A stretch of 64,000 bases of DNA from Paraspadella gotoi (lineage: Eukaryota > Animalia > Chaetognatha). Both the position numbers and the translations under genes were made by a program. Below are positions 31,115 to 42,600 of the stretch, in pieces (positions within the stretch are counted from its first letter, which is position 1; every line of letters starts with the position of its first letter). The stretch is taken from positions 30,158,099-30,222,098 of the forward strand of contig CM119263.1 in NCBI GenBank assembly GCA_051294375.1, given 5' to 3'. The notes below the pieces were generated by a model. It saw only the letters and a list, made by a program, of their open reading frames with translations. It was not told the origin of the DNA and did not search any database.

Positions 31115-34096
31115 ATGGATTCTTTCCGTCGCCTAATAAATTCCCCACGATTTCAAAAAAGCAAATTTGCGATTTCCTTAATATTTTCTTCGATCTTTTA
31201 TGTGGTTGACGTAGGATCTGATGTCGCATTGGGACTGGAGTATCTCAAAATCGAGTGAGTTATTGCAGTCGGGATTTGCAATAAGTTCACCCCTCCTGGT
31301 GACCCGGTGGCTCATTGAGCTCAAGAGTGAAGACCCTCAAGCACCGGGATCGATCCCCAATGGTACTTACCCGGCGGGAAGTTTGAGGACGGCCGTTAAC
31401 CGCCTTGAGGGCCTGGAAAACTCTCAAGCCTGGTTCCAAGTCCAAGACCCGTTCCATGGCTGCGTGAGTGGTGAGCTTTGGATCAGGCTGTAACACCATG
31501 TTACGAGCGGGTGATGAGCTCCGTCTCTCTTAACTGCTCGGCGACCACCGGTCTAGAACGCCTGGCTTGACTCTTGCACCAATGGCCTCTGGGAGGTGGA
31601 TTTTAGTCCACCATAGCTCGAACTTTTAGCTATCGCTCGCACTATTAATAATCGTATAAATATATAATATAATAATATAAACTATGGCCATTTTTCTCCT
31701 CCAGCCCAACCAAGATAGACGGATTCATAATCTATGTCGGCGTCTTTACTCTCATTTTCGCCTTCCTTCCTTTCGTCGCCTTCGTCCTTCTCTCTATCAT
31801 CTGGTGGAAGCGGCGCCGCTTCGTCGGCCGGCGGGCGGCGCTTCTGCTGCTGGCGTCCTTTGTCGGTCTCACGCCGGTCGTGATCAACATGATGGCGGTG
31901 AAAGAAAGGCTGATGGGGGGAGGGGAGGAGGAGGAAGAGGAGGATGAGGAGGAGGTGGAGAGGAAGAGGAAAATTAAAGCGGAGAAGATAAAGAAGGAAG
32001 TGAGTAGAGGAATTAAGAGTTTCTCGGAGAAAAATAGTATCAAATTGGTACAACCAATATAAAAATTATCCATTCATTTAATAAATAAGCTATCTTGCCC
32101 CTGACTTTGGACAGGCTTTGGTGGTTTAAGGCCTCCATCACTCTTACAAGATAATGACATAGCAGGTCCCTGCAAGCTTTCCTATAATAATTCTTATAAT
32201 AAAAATGTTCATAATCTACAGTATTTGTAAAAAAAACTTGGTGTACAATGAAGCAAAAACAACAACAGACTGTTTTTGTAAAATACCATATCCCTATCAG
32301 AACATACGATTCTCGTCAGTGATCTATTACAATAACAATAGCCAATTATACTCAAGTTAATCCTAAATTAAGTTACATTTTCCATCCATTTCTGTTTAGC
32401 CTTTTACATTTTCAATCTTGATAAATAACTTCATAGCAAGAACGATGTCTAATGACTTTAATGTCTCGTATTTCGTTTAATAAAAAATATGGTTAGTTAC
32501 TAAGCTTAAGATTATATAAATCTAACATTTATGTTCATAATATAATCTAATATAGACAAGAACGATTGACCGCTACACTGCTACTAGTATCATTTTATCA
32601 TTATATCTTGTTATCATTTTATCCTTTTATCATTTTATGCATATATCAGTTTATCAGCTTACAAGATAGAGGCTCACCCTATCGCCAGGGCCTTTCTCCC
32701 CCCCGATCTTCTCTCCCCCCTCTCAACGTCTCCTCCTCCTCCTCCCTTCGGCGTCCCCTCCTCTTCATCCCCGAGTCAAGGATCAGAGTCTTGGAGATCG
32801 GCAGTTCAACTTCTCCTCTCGGTCTCGGGGTCTGCAAACCTTCCCTCTCCCTTCTCTCCCTTTTATGTACCCTTGTTCCCATTGTTATAGCTACTTACCT
32901 ATTACCAATATATTCCTTACCCTACTTACCTCTTTTACCTGATGAGAGACTAGTCAGAACCTCCCTTTAGCTAGATACCCATATTCCCAGGCTTATAATT
33001 TTATTTATTTATTAACACCCTTACTTCTCCCTTTTTAAGGCTGAAGCGTTCCGCTTCTTCGAGACTCTCCTGGAGTCGACCCCTCAAGTCCTGCTCCAGT
33101 TCATAGCCATCTCTCTCTTTGACGAGGTCTTTCTGCTCCAGATCATCTCCATTTGCTCCTCTTTCTGGAGTCTAGGAGTCGGAATCGTCGACGGGTGGTT
33201 GGCGCTTGGAGGATGGGGAGTTCACAAGGTTGACAGTGATAGTGACAGTGAGAGTGACAGCGACACTGAGTCGACAAGGTTTACAGAGACTGTGATGCAG
33301 TTAGTGGCACTGAAAGTGGTAAAAGGTCGACAAGGTTGATAGAGACACTGACGTTAAAATTGACATTGACACAGACAGTGATACTGAAAGTGACAATGAT
33401 ACCGAGTCGACAAGGTTGGCGATAACAGTGAAAGTAACAGTGACTCTGAAAGTGACCACAACACTACGGTAGCATTTTCAAAGCTGATGCAACTGATTTA
33501 AACAATAAGATTGATATAGACAGTAATACTGTAGCTGACCCTGACCTGTGTAAGTGTGTAAGTTGACCTTGGCTGTGGTATTCATGGAGACAGATTTTGA
33601 CTTCGTCATTGACGTAAACCTTTATACCGACATTATCATTGTCATTAACTAAATAACACTGACCTTAAATCAATACTATCACCGACCTCTATCATTATTA
33701 GCGACACTGTCCTTTGCCCTTCATTTGAAAACTGACTGACTGACAAACATTGACAATGACAACAGGGTTGACAAGCGTATTTTACAAAGATTGCTATCGC
33801 TGACTCTTTCTTTCCTCATTCCTCTCTCAGCCTTCCTTTCCTCTTCCTCCTATTTTCCTCTATCCGTGGATGTTGCTGCGGTTCCTCACTTTCCTTCCTC
33901 CCCTCGTCCTCTACATCAACCGAACTACATCCCAGGACGATTATTACTGGGTCCTTGTTTATTTCGTCTTTCACATCGTCGTCGCTCTCACTTGTATCAC
34001 TAAAGGTGAGACAGAGAGATGGAGAGAGAGAGAGAGTTCTACTAGTTCCTTTATTTCGTCTTCCACATCGCCATTGCTCTTACTTGTATCACTAAA

Positions 34097-34154
<58 letters not shown>

Positions 34155-34898
34155 CTTCAATATTTTGTCTTTCACATCGCTGTCGCGCTAACTTGTATCA
34201 CGAAATGAGAGAGAGAGATAAAAGGTTGTTTGTTTGTATATTTGTTGAGAATCGGAATTAAATGGATTAAATTTAGCTAAATTTTTGATTAATTCGACCG
34301 ATAGTAAAAAAAGTAGCGACGTTTAAAAGTTGTTTACTTTTACATTTTTCTAATTTATAAGTACTTTTCTAATTGATTTTTTTTTTAATTTACAGAATAG
34401 CAGCAGCGTCACCGTTCGGTTTATCAGCAAAATCAGACTCCCACCTTACACCCCTCACACACCCTCTTCCTCCCTCTCCTCTCCCCTGAACTTCCTCCCT
34501 CTCTCCCCTCCTCTTCTTCCCTCTTTCCCTCTCTCCCCTCCTCTTCCTCCCTCTCTCCCCTCCTCTTCCTCCCTCTCTCCCTCTCTCCCCTCCTTCTCCT
34601 TTCCCAGGTTTTTCCCTTCGATCTCGCAAATCGCTCGTCGTCGTCGTCGTCGTCGTCGTCTTCGTCTTTCTCGAGATTTTCTTCGTCGTCGTCGGGAATT
34701 TGTTCGCCGCTAGATGGTTCGTCTCTCTCGCGCCGATGATACCATCGCTGAGATCGAGTGAGTGTCTTTGTCTCTGTTTGTCTGTCTCTTTCTCTCTCTC
34801 TCTCCTCTTTAACCCGAATTGTCTCTCTTCCCCCCTCTCCCTCCCTCTCTCTCTCTCCCTCTCTCTTCCCCTCTCTCCCTCCCTCTATCTCTCCCTCT

Positions 34899-34929
<31 letters not shown>

Positions 34930-36081
34930 ATTCTCACTCTCTCTCTCACTCTCTCTCTCTCTCACAGCTCCCCCTGCTTTCGTTCCCGATTTCATTTGGC
35001 CCGATCCGCTCGACACTTTGATTCCCTTTCGATCGTCCAGCATGAGATCCAAAATTTGGGTCACCTGCGTAGAAGAGGTAAGAATTTCGGCCTTATTTAC
35101 CCAGAAAGCCCCGGTTTATCCGTTTAGAGATGAAACAGACAGACTGACCGACGGTCTGATAGAAAGAGACGGACACTCAGATCGAATAAACTTTAGTTTT
35201 ATAAATCCCAGGATTTTTACTTGACCGGTCCTCGGCCCAGAAACTCTCCTCCTCTGCCCGACAATTTTCCGCCCTTCGACCCTTATCCCGACCCGGCCGA
35301 TTCTCTGCCTCCTTTGCCCGACCCTTGGATCGATGAATCACCATCTGCGCCCGATCCTTACCTTTTCCCAGATCCCGCTGATTCCTTATCCGATCGGCCC
35401 GACTCACCCGACGACAACGATTTCCCTGACCATTATTTTCCGCCGGACGGAGATCGCGAACCTTTTCCCAACACGGATCACCCCTTGCCCGACGATGCCG
35501 AAGATTTTCCTCCTTTGTCCGACTCTCCCGAGCCTTTCCCACCTTTGTCCGACTCCGCCAATCCTTTTTCAAATTATTTCCCTCCTCTGCCCGACGCCCC
35601 TCGCCCTCTCAACTCCTCCTCCGACTCCACGGCTTCGAACGGCAGACCCTCGAGCGTCCCGACCACTCGAGGCTACGTCTCATTCTCCGATTTCCTCGCG
35701 AGTCTCGACGAAGACGAACTTACTTTGAACTTACCCGATCCTTACGTCTACGGTTTCGGAGGCCCCGACCCTTTCGAGGAGGAAAACAAACCCACCCCGG
35801 CCACTTCGTTCCTCCGGCGGCCGCGATGTCTGGCTCCAGCGGTCGGTCACATTTACGGAGTCTTCTTCATCGGGTCCATCGTCAGTTTGGGATATTCGCT
35901 GGTGATGGTGATGTTGAGGTTGACGGTTTGGAGGGATAATGATGGAGAGAGGGAGGAGGGGGTGGAGGAAGGAGGGAGGGAAGAAGGGAAGGAAGGAAGG
36001 AGAGGGGAAGAAGAGAGAGCGGAGGAAGGAGGGAGGAGGAAGGGGAGAGAAGGGAACGGGAGAGAATGGAAGAGGGAATAG
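31115..36081 (+). CDS. XK-related (XKR, scramblase family) membrane protein. Exons approx. 31115-31254, 31705-31897, 32689-32829, 33040-33228, 33831-34005, (34395-?), ~34608-34757, 34967-35077, 35212-36081. The C-terminus may extend to 36981.
   Basis: TM1 IFYVVDVGSDVALGLEY, signature FETLLESTPQVLLQ, IISICSSFWSL, further hydrophobic exons. Middle exon boundaries and the E/R/G-rich tail are uncertain. Confidence 0.75.
31300..31628 (+). mobile_element. tRNA-headed SINE-like element in XKR intron 1
   Basis: GC-rich island with A-box-like tggctcattgag and B-box-like gggatcgatccc, a 3' hairpin ggtgga...tccacc and a T-run. Confidence 0.45.
32043..32182 (+). repeat. Interspersed repeat family A, copy 3
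   Basis: Same sequence as the 13283 and 37062 copies. Confidence 0.8.
33960..34220 (+). repeat. Three copies of an XKR exon end plus donor, separated by (AG)n
   Basis: tttcgtctttcacatcgtcgtcgctctcacttgtatcactaaag|gtgaga recurs degenerately at ~34052 and ~34161. Confidence 0.8.
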
Positions 36082-37061
36082 AGGAAGAAGAAGAGAGAAT
36101 GAAGGAAAGGGAGAGGGGGAAGGGGAGGAGGAGGAAAGAGGGAGGGAGGAAAGAGACGAGGAAGGAGGGAGGAGAGAGGAAGGGAAGAGAGTGGAGGAAA
36201 GAGGGAGAAGGGAAAAGGAGGAGGAAAGTAGACTGTTGGAAGGAGACGGAGAAAAAGGAGGGAAAATAGAGATAGGAGGAAAATCAATGGAAGAGGAGGT
36301 GGGAGAAGGAAAGAGAGAGGACAAGGAAAAGAATTATAGAAAAGAAGGGGAGAGGGAGGAAGAGGAAAGGGAGGAAGAGGAGAGGGAGGAAGGAGAGGAG
36401 GAAGAGGAGATGGAGGAGGAGGAAAGGGAGGAAGAGGGGAGGGGGAAAGAGGAGAGGGAGGAAGAGGAGAGGAAAAAGAGGAGGAGGAAGAGGAGAGGGA
36501 GGAAGAGGAGAAGGAGGAAGAGGATTGGGAGGAAGAGAAATCTGTCATTAAAGGAAAGAAAAGTAAAAATGAGTTGAGTGATGATAAAACTAAAGAAGAA
36601 ATGATAAGTGAAAAATCATTTATTGGGGAAAGAAATGATATGATAGATGATGATGATGATATGAGAGAGGAAGGAAGGGATGAGATTACAGAGAAGAGAA
36701 ATGAAGTGAGGAGTGATAGAGAGGAAATAAAAGAGAAAGAAGTTAATATAAAAATGGAAGAGCATGAAGAGACAGAGAGAGAGTCAAATGAAACTAATGA
36801 GATGAAGAGAAATGGGATAGAGATGGAGAAAAAAGGGATAGAGATGGAGAGAGAAGAAAGGAATGAAGTAAAAGACGAATTTATGTCAGGGGTACAGATG
36901 GAGGAAGATGGTGAGACAGATAAGAGAAACAGATGGGCTGATCTGAGGCAGATGTTGAAAGAAAATAAAAATAAACAATAATTATATTTGTATTAATTTA
37001 TTTAATAATCTGACTTTTTAAATCATATCCAGGATGATATGCCGTCCAGCGAAAAGTTATC

Positions 37062-37190
37062 CTTTCATTTAATAAATAAGCTGTCTTGCCCCTGACTTTG
37101 GACAGGCTTTGGTGGTTTAAGGCCTCCATCACTCTTACAAGATAATGACATAGCAGGTTTCTGCAAGCTTTCAATCAAGACTCTCTCAAG
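37062..37190 (+). repeat. Interspersed repeat family A, copy 4
   Basis: ttcatttaataaataagctgtcttgcccctgactttggacaggctttggtggtttaaggcctcc... Confidence 0.8.
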
Positions 37191-37324
37191 AGTCTTTTTC
37201 AAGATTTTCTGTGATAACGTATTTTAATTGTTATGGTATTGCATTATATTGTATTATGCCGAGTAAAATCCTACCAGATTAAAATATTGTTAAAGGATCA
37301 AACTTTGTTTTAATTTTCTCGATA

Positions 37325-38840
37325 TTATATTAGATTAGATTTATTCAAGAAGGACGGGCCGGGGGTAGGCCATGGGTCGCAGTTACAAATAATCACAGAC
37401 AGGTTTACAATTTAATCACAGCATAACGAAAACAATAGTTTCTAAATCCGTATCTTTTACTGGAGTCTGTAATTGAATCTTTTCATAACTCTTTTCAAAT
37501 ACAAACAGTATCCTATACAAAGAGAACATGGTTAAATCTTAAGTTTTAGAACAGAACAAAGATTTTTACAAAGGATAATTATTAGGTACTTCACTTAAAA
37601 ATTCAAAGGGACATATTGCCCTTCTGCTTACCCTAAAATCATTCATGTTTTCAATATATTTAGGTAAAAGGGGCGTTTTTTCAATCAAACCTCGCATTTG
37701 TAAATGTGCCCTCTTAATTATTCTAATACGCAATGGTTCTAAACCCAAATAATCCAAAACTAAGAAATTTGACATTGATCTTGGTACATTAGATATACTT
37801 TTTAAAAATCTAAACTCAACTGTCTCTAATTTATTCCATAGAGAGTTAGAAATAGTACAAAAACAGCACATGCTATACTCTAACAGTGAAATAACGAATA
37901 CCTTATAAAGTTCTAACATAATTTTACTACTCAGATATTTGTATTTAAATCGTAATTTGGACAATACTCCACATCTCTGTATCATACGTTTACATAAATT
38001 ATTAATGTGAATATTCCATTTTAATTTACTATCGAAGGTAACCCCTAAAAAAATTGCTTCCTGGACAATCCCAATTTTAACCCCAAATAATTCTAAGTCC
38101 AGACTACCGAACAACGCTCTTCGTCTCCTTGAAAAAATAATTAACTGACATTTATCTGGAGCTAATTTGAGGCGCCATTTACTGCACCACCTCTGGATTG
38201 CATCCATTGTCCTCTTCATTTCAAATTGGCACAACTCCAAGGACACTTCTGTAACCCAGTTTGCCGTATCATCCGCAAATTGACTATTCTCTACTATCTT
38301 TGGAACCTTATTGGTGATGTCGAATACGTAAATAGAGAAGAGGTCCGGTGATATAATTCCTCCTTGCGGACAACCACAAGACATGTAAATTTTTCTTGAG
38401 TTACAATCTCCGATCCTAACTGTAACAAATCTATTTGTAAGATACGAGTCAATTAGTCGAATGAGACTGTCCGGAAAACCCAGTTCCTTCATCTTTATAA
38501 TCAAACCATCATGCCAAACTCTGTTAAAGGCATCTTCCACATCATGAAAGATTGCAACTGTTATTTTATCTTTTTGAAACCCTCTCGTAATATCTTCCGA
38601 CAATCTAATCAAGTGTTCCTGAGTGGATCGACCTCGACAGAAACCTGCTTGAATAGGGTTTTTTATATTTTTGATATCCATATGCTTCAAGATTGAATCC
38701 CGGATAAAGTGTTCGTATAATTTACCGACGCAGCTCAAGAGACTAATTGGTCGAAATCCTTTCACGGAGTCTTGCGGTTTCCCCTTTTTCGGAATCATAT
38801 TTATGACGGCATTTCTCCATTTCTTAGGGAAATCTGCAAA
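37325..38840 (-). mobile_element. 5'-truncated non-LTR retrotransposon (Jockey/I-like LINE). RT ORF 37566-38798 is intact.
   Basis: FPKKWRNAVINMIPKKGK, FRPISLLSCVGKLYE, QAGFCRGRST, DVEDAFNRVWH, GCPQGGIISPDLF, FADD, FLGVTFDSKLKW. No endonuclease domain. Short (aatct)-like 3' tail near 37325-37340. Confidence 0.92.
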
Positions 38841-39147
38841 AGATAATCTTTTGTTTTTATTTTAATTTCCTTGTTTATGTCCAGAGGTCGCTCTTTGCAA
38901 AGAAACCGAGTCTTCCAGCTGAATTGAGTTTCGCTTTGAATATTAAACTGATTCCATATTTCGATTTTCGATTCTCTTGTGGAACTCGTGGCTTCGTCTC
39001 TCTCTCTCTCTCAATATTTCTCTGTCTCTCTCGCTCTCGCTTTCAACATTACTGATTATTTAGCATGCGTTTCGTGATACACGTTACAAACTTTTAGAAT
39101 GTATATCAAAATTTTTGGTTTGCTAATTTGAATCGATTTTTATTACT

Positions 39148-39215
<68 letters not shown>

Positions 39216-39651
39216 GCCTGCCTGTATTTCTCTCTCTCTCTGTCTCTCTTTTTTTCTTTTTTTTTTTTTGAATTCTTTTCTCACAGTTTTGATGTTAAAC
39301 GTTCGTATCTTTAAATACAATGTCCGAAATTAATTTATTAAAATTCTGATGATATAATGATGATTGTATTAGCAGTAATAACGATAATATTAATTAAAGA
39401 AATGAAAATTGTCGATCTCAACTATTAATTATGCTCTTTTTTTTGTAGATGTTTTCAGACGTCTGGTCCCAATTATTTCATCTGTAAAGATAGCTACGTT
39501 TTTAAGAAAACAAAAATAATCAGTAATTACCGTAAGATTAACAACAAATAGAAACTCGTGGCGAAAAACTTGGACTATTTAATGTTAACAAAATTTAATG
39601 TTAACAAACGTAAACAAATAAAAGGATCGATCGATCGGAAAATAAAAAAAA

Positions 39652-42600
39652 ATGAACGTCGCTCGATCTCCTGTGAGAAAAAAACGACGATGGATCGAAG
39701 AAGAGGAAGAGGAAGAGGAAGAGGAAACTCTTTCTAATTGCGTCTTCAAGAAAGAATCGGATCGAGTCTATGACCCTGTTGCAGATGTTGGGACGGGAAG
39801 CGATGAAAATCTCCGCAAAATCGCTAAAACGAATCGTACGGATATTGGGATGGATGGACTCATTGGCGATGACGCGGGTCAGAAGAGAGAGACGGACGAA
39901 TGGATCGAACATGGGATTAAATTGTGGAACGTGATGAATTTAAAGTGCGAGGACGGCGGCGGCGGTGGCGGCAGAGGCGGCTGCGGCAGCGGCGGCAGCG
40001 CCAGCGTCAAAAATGAAGAAATTTATGAGGAAATAATTGATTTAACGACGGAAACTGAAGATGAATCTCAGATTGAAAATAACTGGTACAAAATTGAGAA
40101 ATATGAAGCAGACAACTTCGTTACTGAGGATCAAATTGTCGACTTGACTGGAAGCGAAAGTGAAATGGAAAATGAAGAAGATGATGATAATGAAGAAGAA
40201 ATGAAACCAGAGACCAAAATACAAAGAAATTCACCCGTGAAAAAAAATGTAAATGTTGAAATGGACACGTCTCGGATAACAAGACGTATAAACGTCGACA
40301 TGAACGGCATCTCAATTGAAGAAATGAATCCAGAGACCGAAATACATAGAAATTCACTGGTAAAAAAAAATTTTAACGTTGAAATGGACACTTCTCGGAT
40401 AACAAGACGTAGAAACGTGAACTTTAACGACATCTCAGATGATGATGATTTTAGCTCAATGACAAGAGGCATACTGCAAATTCCCAATGAAAGCGAAATG
40501 AGATTTATTTTTTGCATAATATCCAGCATTAAACAATTTTCCGCGAGAACGGCAAGAATTCTATGTAATTATGAACCTCACTTGGAAGAAATTAAATACA
40601 ATGGGATTCGATTACCAGTTGATTCATTAAAAAAAATCGAGAGAATTGAAGATATGAACGGTGCCTTTTTTTCCCTTTACATTTATCAGTGCAAAAAAAT
40701 TGACAAAAAAGAATACCAACTTTGTCCCTATTACATTTCAAAAAAAAATAATACTCATGAAGTTTTTTTGTGGTTGGTTAACGAACAAAAATCGCAGTAC
40801 AAGGTGATTAAGTGTCTCTCTATATTCATGAGAAACTTTTTTATCCCAAAAGGTAGAAGAAAATATTATTGTCCAAAATGTGTGTCTCAGTTCAACAAAT
40901 CTGTTTTAAAAGATTCTCATCAAAGAGAATGTCGTAAAGAATTCAAGAGCATTAAATTTTTCTTGAAACCCAAAAAAAAGCACCATATTCGTGAAATTCA
41001 TAAAAACATTATAATGGGAAGAAGTAGTGGTAATTCCCCCAATGATGGTGAAATTCAAATTGATGACAAAATGAATAATAAAACTAATGATGATGACAAA
41101 ATGGAAGATCAAGCTAACAAAAAATTTGATATAGATATTGAATCAGATGAAAATGAGACAATTGAGTCTGAAGAGCAAATACAAGATAACAAGAAACTGG
41201 ATAATAAAGGAGAAAAAGAAGAAACAAACCGTAATAAAAATATTTATACTGATTTAAATAATGAAGTAATGATCAAAGCAAAAGACAGGCAAAGAAGGGC
41301 GAAGCACACAGATGAATCAATTGAAAATTCAAAACAATGCGTTGATGTGGATAATAGAATGGTTGAAAATGTTGAAGGAGAAAATCAAATGAATTCAAAT
41401 GAAAAACATTTTTCTAATCAAGTGGAAAAAAATTTGAAAAAAGAAAATGAAATGGAAAACGGCAATAATCTGAATGAATTAGATGAAGAATTTAATTCAA
41501 GCCATGATCAAGGTAATGTAATTAATCAAGATGAGGAAAGCAAGAAAGAGAATGATGAAATACCATTAAAACAAGAAAATGAAGCAAAATCTTCAATTGG
41601 ATTACAACCAGATGGCGATCATGTCTTTGGAAACAGTGCAGATGACTTCTCTGACATAAAGTCAACTGAAATAAAACTATCCAATAATGATCAAAAAAGT
41701 TCAAGCAAAGATGACAACTCAGGACACCTTTATTTTAATAAGGTCATTGTCAAAGAAAAACCCGATTTTGTTTTGCATCATTATGAAGCCGCATTGGGAC
41801 AAATATGTCAAAGTTACTACTTTATTCCTCAACAGGAATTGAGTGATTATGTGGAGTTGCTCAAGAAAGCAAGGCCATTATTCTGCGATATTGTTTCGGC
41901 CAATCTTAAGAGGCACAAATCACTCAAGTTAGTAATTCAAGTGAAGATGACATTTTTTGCTGAAGATAATAAAAACAAAAACAACAAGACTGATGAAAAT
42001 TATCTTTTTAATTATGAGCCAACGCTTGCTCCACTAACCATTGCCTACTCTAGCAATGTTAGCAAGTCGGTAAACTACTTGTTTGACCAAATATTTGTGA
42101 AAATTGAAGAGATCCTGACACTGAAATCTGACTTAGTCTACTTTTTTACTAATTTTTTGAAGCTGAACGTTATCCAATTTATGAGCATCAGCGCAGGAAG
42201 TCAAGCAAAACTCCCGACCATAATTGCTATGAAACGTGCTACAATCAATGTACCTGATGAGAGAAATATGTGCTTGGTTTACTGCATCATTGCAAGCATT
42301 TTTAATATCTCTGGTTCCTCTTCAATACGTTTTAAATCATATACTCCATATTTGAGCAAAATAAATTTTAATGGTATAAAATTTCCCATAACATCCATAG
42401 CTTCAATTAAAAATATTGAGAAAATAAATGATAAGTTGTTTTCCATTTATATTTATGCATATAGGCTAACCAAAAAAGGATGTGAATTTTACCCTTATTA
42501 TGTTTCTGATATAAATGAGGCTCGACATGAAGTGTATTTGTTGTTAGTCGGTGAAGAAAATTCACATTTTGTTGTAATAAAAAGTTTACAACGGCTCATG

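Noticed and set aside
32938-32965. CTGATGA motifs (also at ~493 and ~22504) as hammerhead ribozyme cores
   Set aside because: No stem II followed by GAAA, and no stems I/III
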